From the NCBI GenBank assembly GCA_019056785.1, contig DXJV01000001.1:10600-74599 (forward strand): a DNA stretch of 64,000 bases, given 5' to 3'. Position 1 is the stretch's first letter. Each line of letters starts with the position of its first letter. The notes beneath the pieces are model-generated. The model worked only from the letters and a program-made list of their open reading frames with translations, had not been told where the DNA came from and did not search any database. Source of the DNA: Candidatus Heimdallarchaeota archaeon (GTDB lineage Archaea; Asgardarchaeota; Heimdallarchaeia; JABLTI01). This document shows, piece after piece, positions 55,673 through 64,000 of this stretch. Made by a program: the position numbers and the translations under genes.

Positions 55673-56041
55673 TTGAAGATAAAAAAAATCGTTTCAACAT
55701 GGCTTCACTCGAGTGATCTTGTACAAACAAAAGATTTCTTGAAAAAATTAGGGCTTAAACCGATGGCAGAGACTGAAAAATCCTTAATTTATAGCTACCC
55801 TGAAGGAGGGCCAAATACTGCTTATTATCTCTATCCGGAACCGCTCAATGATGGCGCTCCACAAAGAAAAGGTGGCGTCTTGACAATCGAAGTTGATGAT
55901 ATTGCAAGTGTTTTACAGAAATGTAAAGAAGAACATCTCTGCTCCGCTGAAACAGATATATATGCTCAGGAGAATTTTGTTTCATTTCTCATAGAAGATC
56001 CAGATGGGAATTTGTTTGAAATTATTCAGCACAAAGAATAG
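55673..56041 (+). CDS. VOC/glyoxalase family protein
   Basis: IEVDDI..V and F.IEDPDGNLFEI. Confidence 0.82.
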   Translation: MKIKKIVSTWLHSSDLVQTKDFLKKLGLKPMAETEKSLIYSYPEGGPNTAYYLYPEPLNDGAPQRKGGVLTIEVDDIASVLQKCKEEHLCSAETDIYAQENFVSFLIEDPDGNLFEIIQHKE

Positions 56042-56086
56042 GCAAAATCTTTCTGTGGAAAGATGGACTAAAGGGAGCTTGTGTAA

Positions 56087-57064
56087 ATGATTAAACGCAT
56101 CCTCTCCTTTAATAAGGAGGATTCAAAACTCCATGGATTGGACGTTCAGAAAGCACTGGAAGAGAATTTGGGCACACTATGGATAGACTATATCGAACCA
56201 ACTGTTGATGAGCTCAATACTTTGCAACAGCTTTTCAATTTTCATTCGCTTACAATAGAAGATTGTTTAGAAGCAAATCAGCGACCTAAACTCGAGGAGT
56301 ACCCGGACTATCTGTTCTTCATCCTGGTGGGTGTTCGAAAGCTTTTGGACGTCGATGAAATTGAGCCCTATCAAATTGCATTCTATTTAGGAAAGAATTT
56401 TGTGATTACTATCCGGGAGAAACGAGGTGGGCTTAGTTTGAAGTCTGTTCATAATAAAATTCTCTTGAAAAACACTCGAATTCTCACGCATGAAGTTGAC
56501 TTTCTTGCCTATGTGATTGTTGATACTTTTATTGATGGGTATTTGGATTTACTCGAGGAAATAGAAGATACTATCGAAGAAATTGAAGAGATTGTTGTCC
56601 ATCGCCCAGAACGGGAGTTGTTAGACAAGACATTTGACCTTCGTACTAATATTCTCATCGTTCTAAAAGCCATTCGACCCCAGCGAGTTGTTATCCGGGA
56701 ACTTGCAGTAGATGAAATGCCCTTGATAAGTAAACCCGCTCAGACATACTTTAATGATGTTTATGACCATATTTTAGAAGCCAACGATCTCTGTTCATCA
56801 TATCGTGACCGTGTGAGCAGTATAGTCGATATTTATCTGTCTTCAGCTTCTAATAAAATGAATGATACTATGAAATTGATTGCTGTGCTAACAGCAGTTA
56901 TTACTATTCCAAATCTTATTGCTTCCTTTGGTGGTATAAATTTCACAGAATTTGCAACGCATGGAATTGACTTGTTAAAAGATTGGCCATTTTGGACGTT
57001 TCTAGGCACAATTATTTTCACTACAATTATGATTGTTATCATTTTCAAACGAATGAAAATCTAA
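56087..57064 (+). CDS. corA: CorA/ZntB family divalent cation transporter
   Basis: FH.LTIED....NQRPKLE.Y, YF.DVYDH, MN..MK, P.LIAS.GGINF. Confidence 0.9.
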   Translation: MIKRILSFNKEDSKLHGLDVQKALEENLGTLWIDYIEPTVDELNTLQQLFNFHSLTIEDCLEANQRPKLEEYPDYLFFILVGVRKLLDVDEIEPYQIAFYLGKNFVITIREKRGGLSLKSVHNKILLKNTRILTHEVDFLAYVIVDTFIDGYLDLLEEIEDTIEEIEEIVVHRPERELLDKTFDLRTNILIVLKAIRPQRVVIRELAVDEMPLISKPAQTYFNDVYDHILEANDLCSSYRDRVSSIVDIYLSSASNKMNDTMKLIAVLTAVITIPNLIASFGGINFTEFATHGIDLLKDWPFWTFLGTIIFTTIMIVIIFKRMKI

Positions 57065-57096
57065 GGCAGACGATTTATCAGCAGTAAATTCAAACT

Positions 57097-58908
57097 TTAT
57101 AATAGTGCTTGGTGTTTAAAGTACGTTTCATAAAGTTTATAGTATTTGCCTTTCTTCTTCAAAAGCTCTTCATGGTTTCCCATTTCGACTATTTTCCCAT
57201 ATTCGATCATTACTATAACATCGGCATTTTTAATTGTTGATAATCGATGGGCTATGACGATGGACGTGCGCCCTTCCATGATCGTTTCGAGAGCATCTTG
57301 AATCATTGCTTCTGTATAGGCATCAACACTGGCAGTGGCTTCATCCAGGATTAGAATTTTAGGGTTTGCCAGAAGTGCTCGAGCAAAGGTGATTAATTGT
57401 CTTTGACCAGTAGATAGTCTTTTCCCTCGTTCTAAAACATCTGTTTCAAAACCATCAGGAAAAGCTTCAATAAATTCTATTGCTTGGACAGCTTTAACAG
57501 CAGCATAAATCTCTTCATCGGTTGGGTCGTCGTAAATCCGGCCATATCTTATATTGTCTTTAATAGTTCCTGAGAACAGGAAGCTGTCCTGGAGGACAAT
57601 TGCAACTTGTTTGCGATACCACGGGATATCTAATTGCCTGAGGTCAACACCATCAATGAGAATCTTCCCCCCTTTAACCTCATAAAATCGTGCGATGAGG
57701 GACGCTAGAGTTGTTTTCCCTGCACCTGTATGCCCAACTAACGCCACCTTTGTTCCTGCTTTAATTTTCAAAGAAAAATTCTTGAAAACGGGTTCATCTT
57801 CATTATACCAGAAATCAACATTCTGGAATTCTATTTCCCCTTTCAAGTTTGGAATGATGATGGGATTTGTAGGTTGTTTGACTTCAGACTCAATTTCCAT
57901 TATCCCAAAAATACGTTCCATTGCAGCAAGGCCAGCTTGGTATTGTGAGTAGAAATTCGCCACCTGTGTGAGCGGGAAGTAAAAGCGCCATAAATAAAGT
58001 GTAAAGCTATACAAAATCCCTGGTTCAATTGCATGTTGGAGGATGATAATATTCTGACCGTAAACATAAACGGCAATCAACACTAGTGTCTGTAATAAGT
58101 TTATTATCGGCCACATGGTCGCAAATGTAAGTGCTCGTTTAAAAGATGCCATAAAATTATCTTGATTGATCTTTCTAAACTGTGCCAAATTCTTTTTCTC
58201 TCGAGAGAACGATTTGCTAACTGCAATACCCGAGATGCTTTCACCCATTGCAGCATTTACCGTTGCAACTGTTTTCCGCCAGTTGAGCATTGTATTTCTT
58301 ACTATTTTCCGGTAAATATACATAATAAAAAATAATAACGGCGTTAATGAGAGAGATATTAGGGCAAGCCGCCAGTCAATATAGAAAAGAAAACCCGCTG
58401 AAGAGACAACTAAGAGAATATTGCCAAAGAGCTGGATAATAAACGAGAGCGTATCCCGTAAAGTGTCAGTATCATTCATAACGCGAGACATGATTTTACC
58501 GGTGATATGGGTGTCAAAGAATCGAAAGTCGTGCCTTTGGATTTTCTGGAACATGTCCATGCGAATGTCTCTTGATGTTTTGGAAATGGTTTTAATGGTT
58601 ATTACTCGTATTAGGTATTCTCCAAGAAACCATGTAAGAAAATTTAAAAGCAGATTTGTGAATATCAACATTCCGAGGATAACGTAGCTATTGGGTTTGT
58701 CAAGGGTTTTTGCAAGGTCAAGAACATAGCCCATTAAATAAGGTGGAGCAATGTTAAGGGCAGTGTTTACTATAATAATTAAAGTTGCAAAGAAAATTGT
58801 TTTCTTATAAGGACGAATATATCTTATCATTTTCTTTGTAAGCTCTCGATCTGAGAATTTTCGCTCATCTTTTTCTTCACTTCTGCCAACACCAAAGTAA
58901 GACATCAT
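57097..58908 (-). CDS. ABC exporter half-transporter (consensus NBD)
   Basis: TMD, GHTGAGKT, LSTGQRQ, LDEAT, AHRL. Confidence 0.93.
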   Translation of the reverse strand: MMSYFGVGRSEEKDERKFSDRELTKKMIRYIRPYKKTIFFATLIIIVNTALNIAPPYLMGYVLDLAKTLDKPNSYVILGMLIFTNLLLNFLTWFLGEYLIRVITIKTISKTSRDIRMDMFQKIQRHDFRFFDTHITGKIMSRVMNDTDTLRDTLSFIIQLFGNILLVVSSAGFLFYIDWRLALISLSLTPLLFFIMYIYRKIVRNTMLNWRKTVATVNAAMGESISGIAVSKSFSREKKNLAQFRKINQDNFMASFKRALTFATMWPIINLLQTLVLIAVYVYGQNIIILQHAIEPGILYSFTLYLWRFYFPLTQVANFYSQYQAGLAAMERIFGIMEIESEVKQPTNPIIIPNLKGEIEFQNVDFWYNEDEPVFKNFSLKIKAGTKVALVGHTGAGKTTLASLIARFYEVKGGKILIDGVDLRQLDIPWYRKQVAIVLQDSFLFSGTIKDNIRYGRIYDDPTDEEIYAAVKAVQAIEFIEAFPDGFETDVLERGKRLSTGQRQLITFARALLANPKILILDEATASVDAYTEAMIQDALETIMEGRTSIVIAHRLSTIKNADVIVMIEYGKIVEMGNHEELLKKKGKYYKLYETYFKHQALL

Positions 58909-60848
58909 TTCGCTCCTCCAGTAGCTTCTTTTTGAATGGGCGGCAGCTGAATGTGACGGCCAAAAATCCTCCGGTAATCTTCACTGGTACGAAGTAGTTC
59001 ATCATGGACACCTTTTGCCACAATCCGCCCTTTTCTCATTACAATGATTTTATTGGCCCGCTTTATCGTTGCGAGTCTGTGGGTAATAATAAAGACAGTT
59101 CGGTTCTTGAGCAAATTATTCATCGCTTTTTGAATTTGCTCTTCCGTTTTCGCATCAATTGCTGAGGCAGAATCGTCTAAAATGAGGATCTTTGGATTTG
59201 CAAGAAAAGCCCTTGCTATTGCAATTCGCTGTTTTTGTCCTCCACTGAGAGTAACACCACGTTCCCCTACAAGAGTGTCATAGCCATCTTTAAAGCTCAT
59301 AATGAATTCGTGTGCTTGGGCTGCCTTGGCATATTCAATTATCTCTTCATCAGAAATTTCTCTTTCTGCACCATAGGCAATATTTTCCTTTATTGTTGTA
59401 GAGAACAGGAAGATATCTTGCTCGATAACACCGATGTTTTTCCGTAACGACTCGAGGGTAACATTCCGGATGTCATAGCCATCTATCAAAATAGCGCCTT
59501 TATCGACATCATACATCCTTGCTAAAAGTTTTGTTAAAGTTGATTTTCCACAACCTGTTGGTCCGAGAATTGCAACGATTTCACCCGGCTCAGCTACAAA
59601 ACTTATGTCTCTTAATGTTGGCCTATACTCATCCTCGCTATTATTTTCTTCAAGATCCTGTTGATGTTGTCGTTGATAACTAAAGGAAACATTTCGATAT
59701 TCAATCTTCCCATTGATTTCCGGAAGTTCAATAGCGTCAGGTTTCTCAATAATGATATCTTCCTCTTTCATGGTTCGTAAGATTCTTCGTGCCCCCGCCA
59801 GCCCCATATGTGTCAGGTAAAGCACCCAACTGATTTGATAAGTGGGGTTGTAAAGTTGAATTAGAACTCCAAGGATCGTTATTGCTTCGCCCCCATCCAT
59901 TCTACCAATGATAATGAAGTAAATGCTTAAGCCTAAAGCTAATGTTATAGTAAACGAGAGGAGCAAAGGTGGGAAATATCTTGCTTGTTGTACTCCCCGT
60001 TTAATAATATCATCCCGAAGGATGTCCACTTCTTTCCCAAATTTTTTGATCTCAAATGCTTCACCAGTAAAGGCACGAATTACTCGAACACCGGAAACAT
60101 TTTCCTGTAAATGAGCGTTGCAAATACCAAATTGCTGTTGAACCTTTTGTGTTAAGGGGCTCAATTTCTTGGCATAGGACCGGAGAGTAATAATATAAAA
60201 TGGGAAAAAGAAGATAACAATAATCATAACATATGGTTCCAGCCAGAATATAAGGCCAAAAGTTACAAGCGCTGAAATGGCTGCTTGTGTGATCATGCGA
60301 AAGCCAGGGGAGATAGTGGCATTTATAATCCTGACATCATAAGTTGCTTGAGACATTAGCTCCCCCACTTTTGCAGTGTCAAAAAATGCCATTGACTTGT
60401 TTTGAACAGACGCATAAAAATCTTCACGAATCTGACGCTCAGCGTTCTGCGCTAAGTATTCATTTAAAATGCCTACTATAATGCTTATCAGAAAATTAAT
60501 TGTCCCAAGAAGCAAAATTGCCTCGACATATTTCAGAATTTCATATTCAAAAAAGAACCGCTGAAAAAACACATAAAAAACTGCTGGTTGTTCCCTGAGA
60601 TAAATTGCCCAAAGGCGGTTAAACATTCTCCCCGTCAAATACGGTACCGCCATTGTCAATCCAATTGAAACTAAAATACCAGCAATTACTGTAATCGCCA
60701 TTGCTGGTTTCTGGAAAATTCGCTGCACTAACCACTTGAATTCACTCTCTGGAATTTTCCTCATTTCCAGTTGGAGTGTGCTCAACTCCGGCTCTTGCTT
60801 AGTTGTTATCGCAGCTGTTATTTTCCTAACACCTCTGAAATCATTCAT
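58905..60848 (-). CDS. ABC exporter half-transporter (degenerate Walker B)
   Basis: TMD, GPTGCGKST, LSGGQKQ, LDDSAS; ATGA overlap with partner gives a heterodimeric exporter. Confidence 0.93.
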   Translation of the reverse strand: MNDFRGVRKITAAITTKQEPELSTLQLEMRKIPESEFKWLVQRIFQKPAMAITVIAGILVSIGLTMAVPYLTGRMFNRLWAIYLREQPAVFYVFFQRFFFEYEILKYVEAILLLGTINFLISIIVGILNEYLAQNAERQIREDFYASVQNKSMAFFDTAKVGELMSQATYDVRIINATISPGFRMITQAAISALVTFGLIFWLEPYVMIIVIFFFPFYIITLRSYAKKLSPLTQKVQQQFGICNAHLQENVSGVRVIRAFTGEAFEIKKFGKEVDILRDDIIKRGVQQARYFPPLLLSFTITLALGLSIYFIIIGRMDGGEAITILGVLIQLYNPTYQISWVLYLTHMGLAGARRILRTMKEEDIIIEKPDAIELPEINGKIEYRNVSFSYQRQHQQDLEENNSEDEYRPTLRDISFVAEPGEIVAILGPTGCGKSTLTKLLARMYDVDKGAILIDGYDIRNVTLESLRKNIGVIEQDIFLFSTTIKENIAYGAEREISDEEIIEYAKAAQAHEFIMSFKDGYDTLVGERGVTLSGGQKQRIAIARAFLANPKILILDDSASAIDAKTEEQIQKAMNNLLKNRTVFIITHRLATIKRANKIIVMRKGRIVAKGVHDELLRTSEDYRRIFGRHIQLPPIQKEATGGAK

Positions 60849-60945
60849 CTTATTTTGAGTATTTAATGATGATTGAATGTTTTAAATACTTTTTCTTAAT
60901 CTGCAAAAAAAACATTGCGCAATTTTAATGAAATAACAAACTTTT

Positions 60946-61206
60946 CTAATGTTTGCTAAAGGTTTCTTCCCCGTTCATCAATTTGCCATTGGTAGCATTT
61001 TGTTCGAAAGATGTTTTCTTGCGAAAGAAATCAAAATAGAACAAGAACCAGCTGAAGACGATGAAAAATGAATAGATAATCGAAAAGATAGAGACACCCA
61101 TATTGACATTTCCAAAGGCAATGAAGATAATGTAGATTGGTATTAAAGCTGAAGCAAGTATCAATACCATCATAAGTTGTTTTTTATAATCTTGATTAAA
61201 ATTCAC
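60946..61206 (-). CDS. Small 2-TM membrane protein
   Basis: Two hydrophobic helices. Confidence 0.55.
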   Translation of the reverse strand: MNFNQDYKKQLMMVLILASALIPIYIIFIAFGNVNMGVSIFSIIYSFFIVFSWFLFYFDFFRKKTSFEQNATNGKLMNGEETFSKH

Positions 61207-61312
61207 TAAATGTTAGCCCCTTTGGTAATTTTTTCACTATATTGTAATTAAAGACTTTTTCTATTATAAACATAGTTGTTTATACACTAATTATTTTCGC
61301 TCAGTAAATTCG

Positions 61313-62863
61313 TCAGTCAGCAACCTGGTAGATCACATCTAAGACGGAACCATCACGATATTCGATGATTGCAACGATGCGGTCAGTTGTTTTTGGTTGA
61401 TTTGGTGGTCCGCCAGCAAGGTCTTCAGCAATACGCTTCAGTTCTTCGATGGTCTTGATATTCAAGTGTTTGGCTTTTAGCAAAGTATCATAGAATGCTG
61501 ATTCGGGATTCACAGCAATGCCACGCTCAGTCACAACGACATCGACATTCTCGCCGGGGGTATTGACAGAAACGACATTATCTACCACAATTGGAATTCT
61601 GCCGCGCAAAAGAGGAATGGCAATAATAGTAAGTTTGGCTCCTTCGGCTGTGTCTTGGTGTCCACCCATACCCCACTGTATTCTACCATCTGATTCAGTG
61701 GAAGTATTCACATTGAAATTGAGATCGACTTCTGTTCCCCCAAGAATAATGGTGTCTAAAAGATTGACTGCACAGCCGGATGTTTGAGGGTTAGCATATT
61801 GGCTGGCACCAATTTCTATGTGCCGTGGATTGTTTAAAAGGGATTGAACAGCATATGTGTCAAATGTTTGCACATCAAGGATGGCTTCGAAAAGACCATC
61901 TTCAAGCATGCGAACCAATGCTTCAGTTGCTCCTCCCATTCCAAACGACCCTTTAATATTTTTGCTTTTCATATAGTCTCGCAAGAAATTGGTGGTTGCT
62001 AGGGCCGTCCCGCCGGCTCCGCTCTGATAGGAAAAGCCTTCTTTTAATAATCCTGAGGCTTTAATTACTTCCACACAATCGTGGGCGATCTTCAAGTTTT
62101 TAGGGTCGCGGGTGATACGCAAAGTTGTTGAAACTATCCCTTTTGGGTCGCCAATTGGTTTATCAGTTTTGACAACAGCATCAACATGATCCTGGCTAAT
62201 ACTAATAGGATTGTTCGGAAAAGGGACTAAATCATTGGTTACAGCGACAACATAATTGGCAAAATGTGCATCAGGAAAAGCATAGCCTAAAGACCCACAA
62301 GCATTTTTACCACGAACACCATTGATATTGCCGTATGGATCAACTGTGGGGGCAGCAATAAATGCAATGTCAATTTCGACATCACCATTTTCAATGGACC
62401 GAGCTCTACCACCATGTGAACGAATGGTTAATAGTCGTTCCATTTTGCCATGAGAGATAGCATCAGCAATCACACTAGAAGTGCCACAATTGATCTCAGT
62501 AATAATTCCTTTTTCAAGGTAGGGCAAAATTTCTTTGTGGACACCTTGTATGGATGATGGAACTAATCGGATATCCTTCAATCCCATAGCTGCAATTTCA
62601 TGGCAAACCATGTTCAAAAGAAAATCGCCATTGCGAAAATGGTGATGGAATGAAATGGTCCCACCATCTGTTAACTCTCCGGCTTTAATTGCTTCTCGAA
62701 TGCTGCCGAGTATTTTTTGTTCTCCAGGACGTCTCATTCTGATCTTTGGTGCATATTTTCTTACTTTGTAGGGTCCTTTCCCTTTTCCTTGAAAGGGAAT
62801 TAGTTTCTTCTCAAAAAGTTCTTCTGGAATTTTCCGACCGATTTTATTAGCTGTGAATTTCAA
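61313..62863 (-). CDS. citF: Citrate lyase alpha subunit (citrate:acetyl-ACP transferase)
   Basis: ISFHHHFRNGD, RSHGGRAR, CGSLGYA, Q.GAGG, EVD..FNVN, GGHQDTA, TPGE.VDV.VTE.GIAVNP, EYRDGS..D. Confidence 0.95.
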   Translation of the reverse strand: MKFTANKIGRKIPEELFEKKLIPFQGKGKGPYKVRKYAPKIRMRRPGEQKILGSIREAIKAGELTDGGTISFHHHFRNGDFLLNMVCHEIAAMGLKDIRLVPSSIQGVHKEILPYLEKGIITEINCGTSSVIADAISHGKMERLLTIRSHGGRARSIENGDVEIDIAFIAAPTVDPYGNINGVRGKNACGSLGYAFPDAHFANYVVAVTNDLVPFPNNPISISQDHVDAVVKTDKPIGDPKGIVSTTLRITRDPKNLKIAHDCVEVIKASGLLKEGFSYQSGAGGTALATTNFLRDYMKSKNIKGSFGMGGATEALVRMLEDGLFEAILDVQTFDTYAVQSLLNNPRHIEIGASQYANPQTSGCAVNLLDTIILGGTEVDLNFNVNTSTESDGRIQWGMGGHQDTAEGAKLTIIAIPLLRGRIPIVVDNVVSVNTPGENVDVVVTERGIAVNPESAFYDTLLKAKHLNIKTIEELKRIAEDLAGGPPNQPKTTDRIVAIIEYRDGSVLDVIYQVAD

Positions 62864-62889
62864 TTCATGCTACACCTTCTGTTTTTCTG

Positions 62890-63786
62890 TTATTTCTTCC
62901 CTGCTTTCGCACGTTTTAAGATGCGTTCTGCTCTCATAACAATCGGTAAATCAATCATCCTCCCGTCAACTGAAACAGCGCCTAAACCTTTTTTGAGCGA
63001 CTCGCGATAAGCTTTAACAATTCGTTTTGCTTTCTCGATTTCTTCTTCTGAGGGCATAAAGGCACGATGGACAACTTCAATCTGAGAGGGATGAATAACA
63101 CTTTTTCCTTGGAACCCTCGACTAATTGCCCTTTTTGTTGCTTGAAATAATCCTTCTTGGTCATTAATGTCCGCAAAAACCGTGTCAATTGCTTGGATAT
63201 GATAGGCGGCACAAGCAACAATTATCTTTGAAGAAATATACTCTAATTCTCGCCCATCTGGCGTTCTTATTGCCCCAATGTCTGCAGTAAGGTCTTCACC
63301 GCCAATGCCAACTGCAGCTATTCTTGGGGCAGCAACGATCTTTTCAACATTAACTACCCCAAGGGCTGTTTCAATTATCGGCATAATGCGAATTTTTCCC
63401 ACAGGAAGGCCATGTTTCTTCTCCAGTTCAGTAATCCTTTCATGAAGAAAGAGAATATCTTCTTCTGTTTCTGCTTTGGGTAAGAGCAAACCATCTGGCT
63501 TTGTTGGAACGATTGCCTCGAGGTCTTTTTCAAGAAAAGGCGTATTAATACCATTGATTCTAACAGTTACCTCACTTCGACCAAAATTGAGCGCTTGAAT
63601 AGCATTTCGCACCAGAATTCTTGCTGTGTCTTTTTCCGTAAGGGGAATTGAATCCTCGAGGTCGAAAATAAGTGAATCCGCTCCGTAGATTTCGGCATTT
63701 TGAATCATCGCTGGATGATTACCTGGGATATAAAGACGTGTCCGGCGCAATCTATCATCCTTTTCTTTAAAGGGTTCTTTCTTCAT
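62890..63786 (-). CDS. citE: Citrate lyase beta subunit (citryl-ACP lyase)
   Basis: LRRT.LY.PG, FDLEDS....EKD.AR, VRIN, LPK.E, IETA.G, G.ED, GK..IHP.Q, G.MID.P. Confidence 0.93.
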   Translation of the reverse strand: MKKEPFKEKDDRLRRTRLYIPGNHPAMIQNAEIYGADSLIFDLEDSIPLTEKDTARILVRNAIQALNFGRSEVTVRINGINTPFLEKDLEAIVPTKPDGLLLPKAETEEDILFLHERITELEKKHGLPVGKIRIMPIIETALGVVNVEKIVAAPRIAAVGIGGEDLTADIGAIRTPDGRELEYISSKIIVACAAYHIQAIDTVFADINDQEGLFQATKRAISRGFQGKSVIHPSQIEVVHRAFMPSEEEIEKAKRIVKAYRESLKKGLGAVSVDGRMIDLPIVMRAERILKRAKAGKK

Positions 63787-64000
63787 TTCTCATCCACTCC
63801 AAAGGCGCGCTTAATCGCTGCTTCTGTCCGTGCTTGTATACAATAGGTCAAAGCCCCTTTATCAACAGCTGAAATGACGATGTCTGTCACCCCGAATTTC
63901 TTGACAACTTCCATGATCTCTGCAATGATTCTATCACCAAATTGCTTCTTTGCTGATGATTCCAGATTGATCTTTACACCTGACTGTTCTTTTCCTTTTG
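63783..64000 (-). CDS. citD: Citrate lyase acyl carrier protein (gamma subunit), 5'-truncated by window edge
   Basis: Hand translation ..INLESSAKKQFGDRI..VDKGALTYCIQARTEAAIKRA..; its stop overlaps the citE ATG (ATGA). Confidence 0.88.
   Translation of the reverse strand, partial: KGKEQSGVKINLESSAKKQFGDRIIAEIMEVVKKFGVTDIVISAVDKGALTYCIQARTEAAIKRAFGVDEK

Noticed and set aside
360-63221. Many 60-135-aa ORFs nested in or antisense to long genes (e.g. 10098-10421, 22266-22637, 44050-44424)
   Set aside because: They are Ser/Phe-rich antisense translations of well-supported genes and have no motifs of their own.
1-64000. tRNA/rRNA genes, transposases, CRISPR-Cas and known defence systems
   Set aside because: I recognised no T-loop/cloverleaf, rRNA-like GC block, transposase or Cas motif by eye. 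tRNAscan-SE and Infernal would be needed to exclude them formally.

Overview
This is a 64-kb, AT-rich chromosomal segment from an Asgard archaeon, probably Heimdallarchaeia-like. That assignment is inferred from eukaryotic-signature proteins (two-domain gelsolin, longin, uDENN-like, Arf-family GTPases, a Vps22/36-like ESCRT-II protein, membrane RING proteins, an EMC6/OPTI-like protein) found next to archaeal housekeeping genes (HARP, PolB, NurA, HflX, Rqc2/NEMF, SUI1). I could not support any rRNA, tRNA, CRISPR array or mobile element. The most striking locus is a signalling island at about 30.0-38.2 kb. Its plus-strand arm is a two-gene operon resembling an integrin beta/alpha pair: an Ig-inserted vWA/MIDAS membrane protein and a propeller/Ig receptor with a cytoplasmic RING domain. 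Its divergent minus-strand arm is uDENN-like, then an Arf GTPase (pseudogenised here), then a 7TM protein, followed by a second TM-RING gene. Reading outside the ORF track gave five unlisted small genes, an intact Nudix gene whose best start candidate is ACG (upstream of SUI1), partial citD, and three candidate structured small RNAs. One surface protein carries an unusual hydrophobic beta-strand tract of about 170 aa. All homology calls come from recognising motifs by eye; no searches were run.
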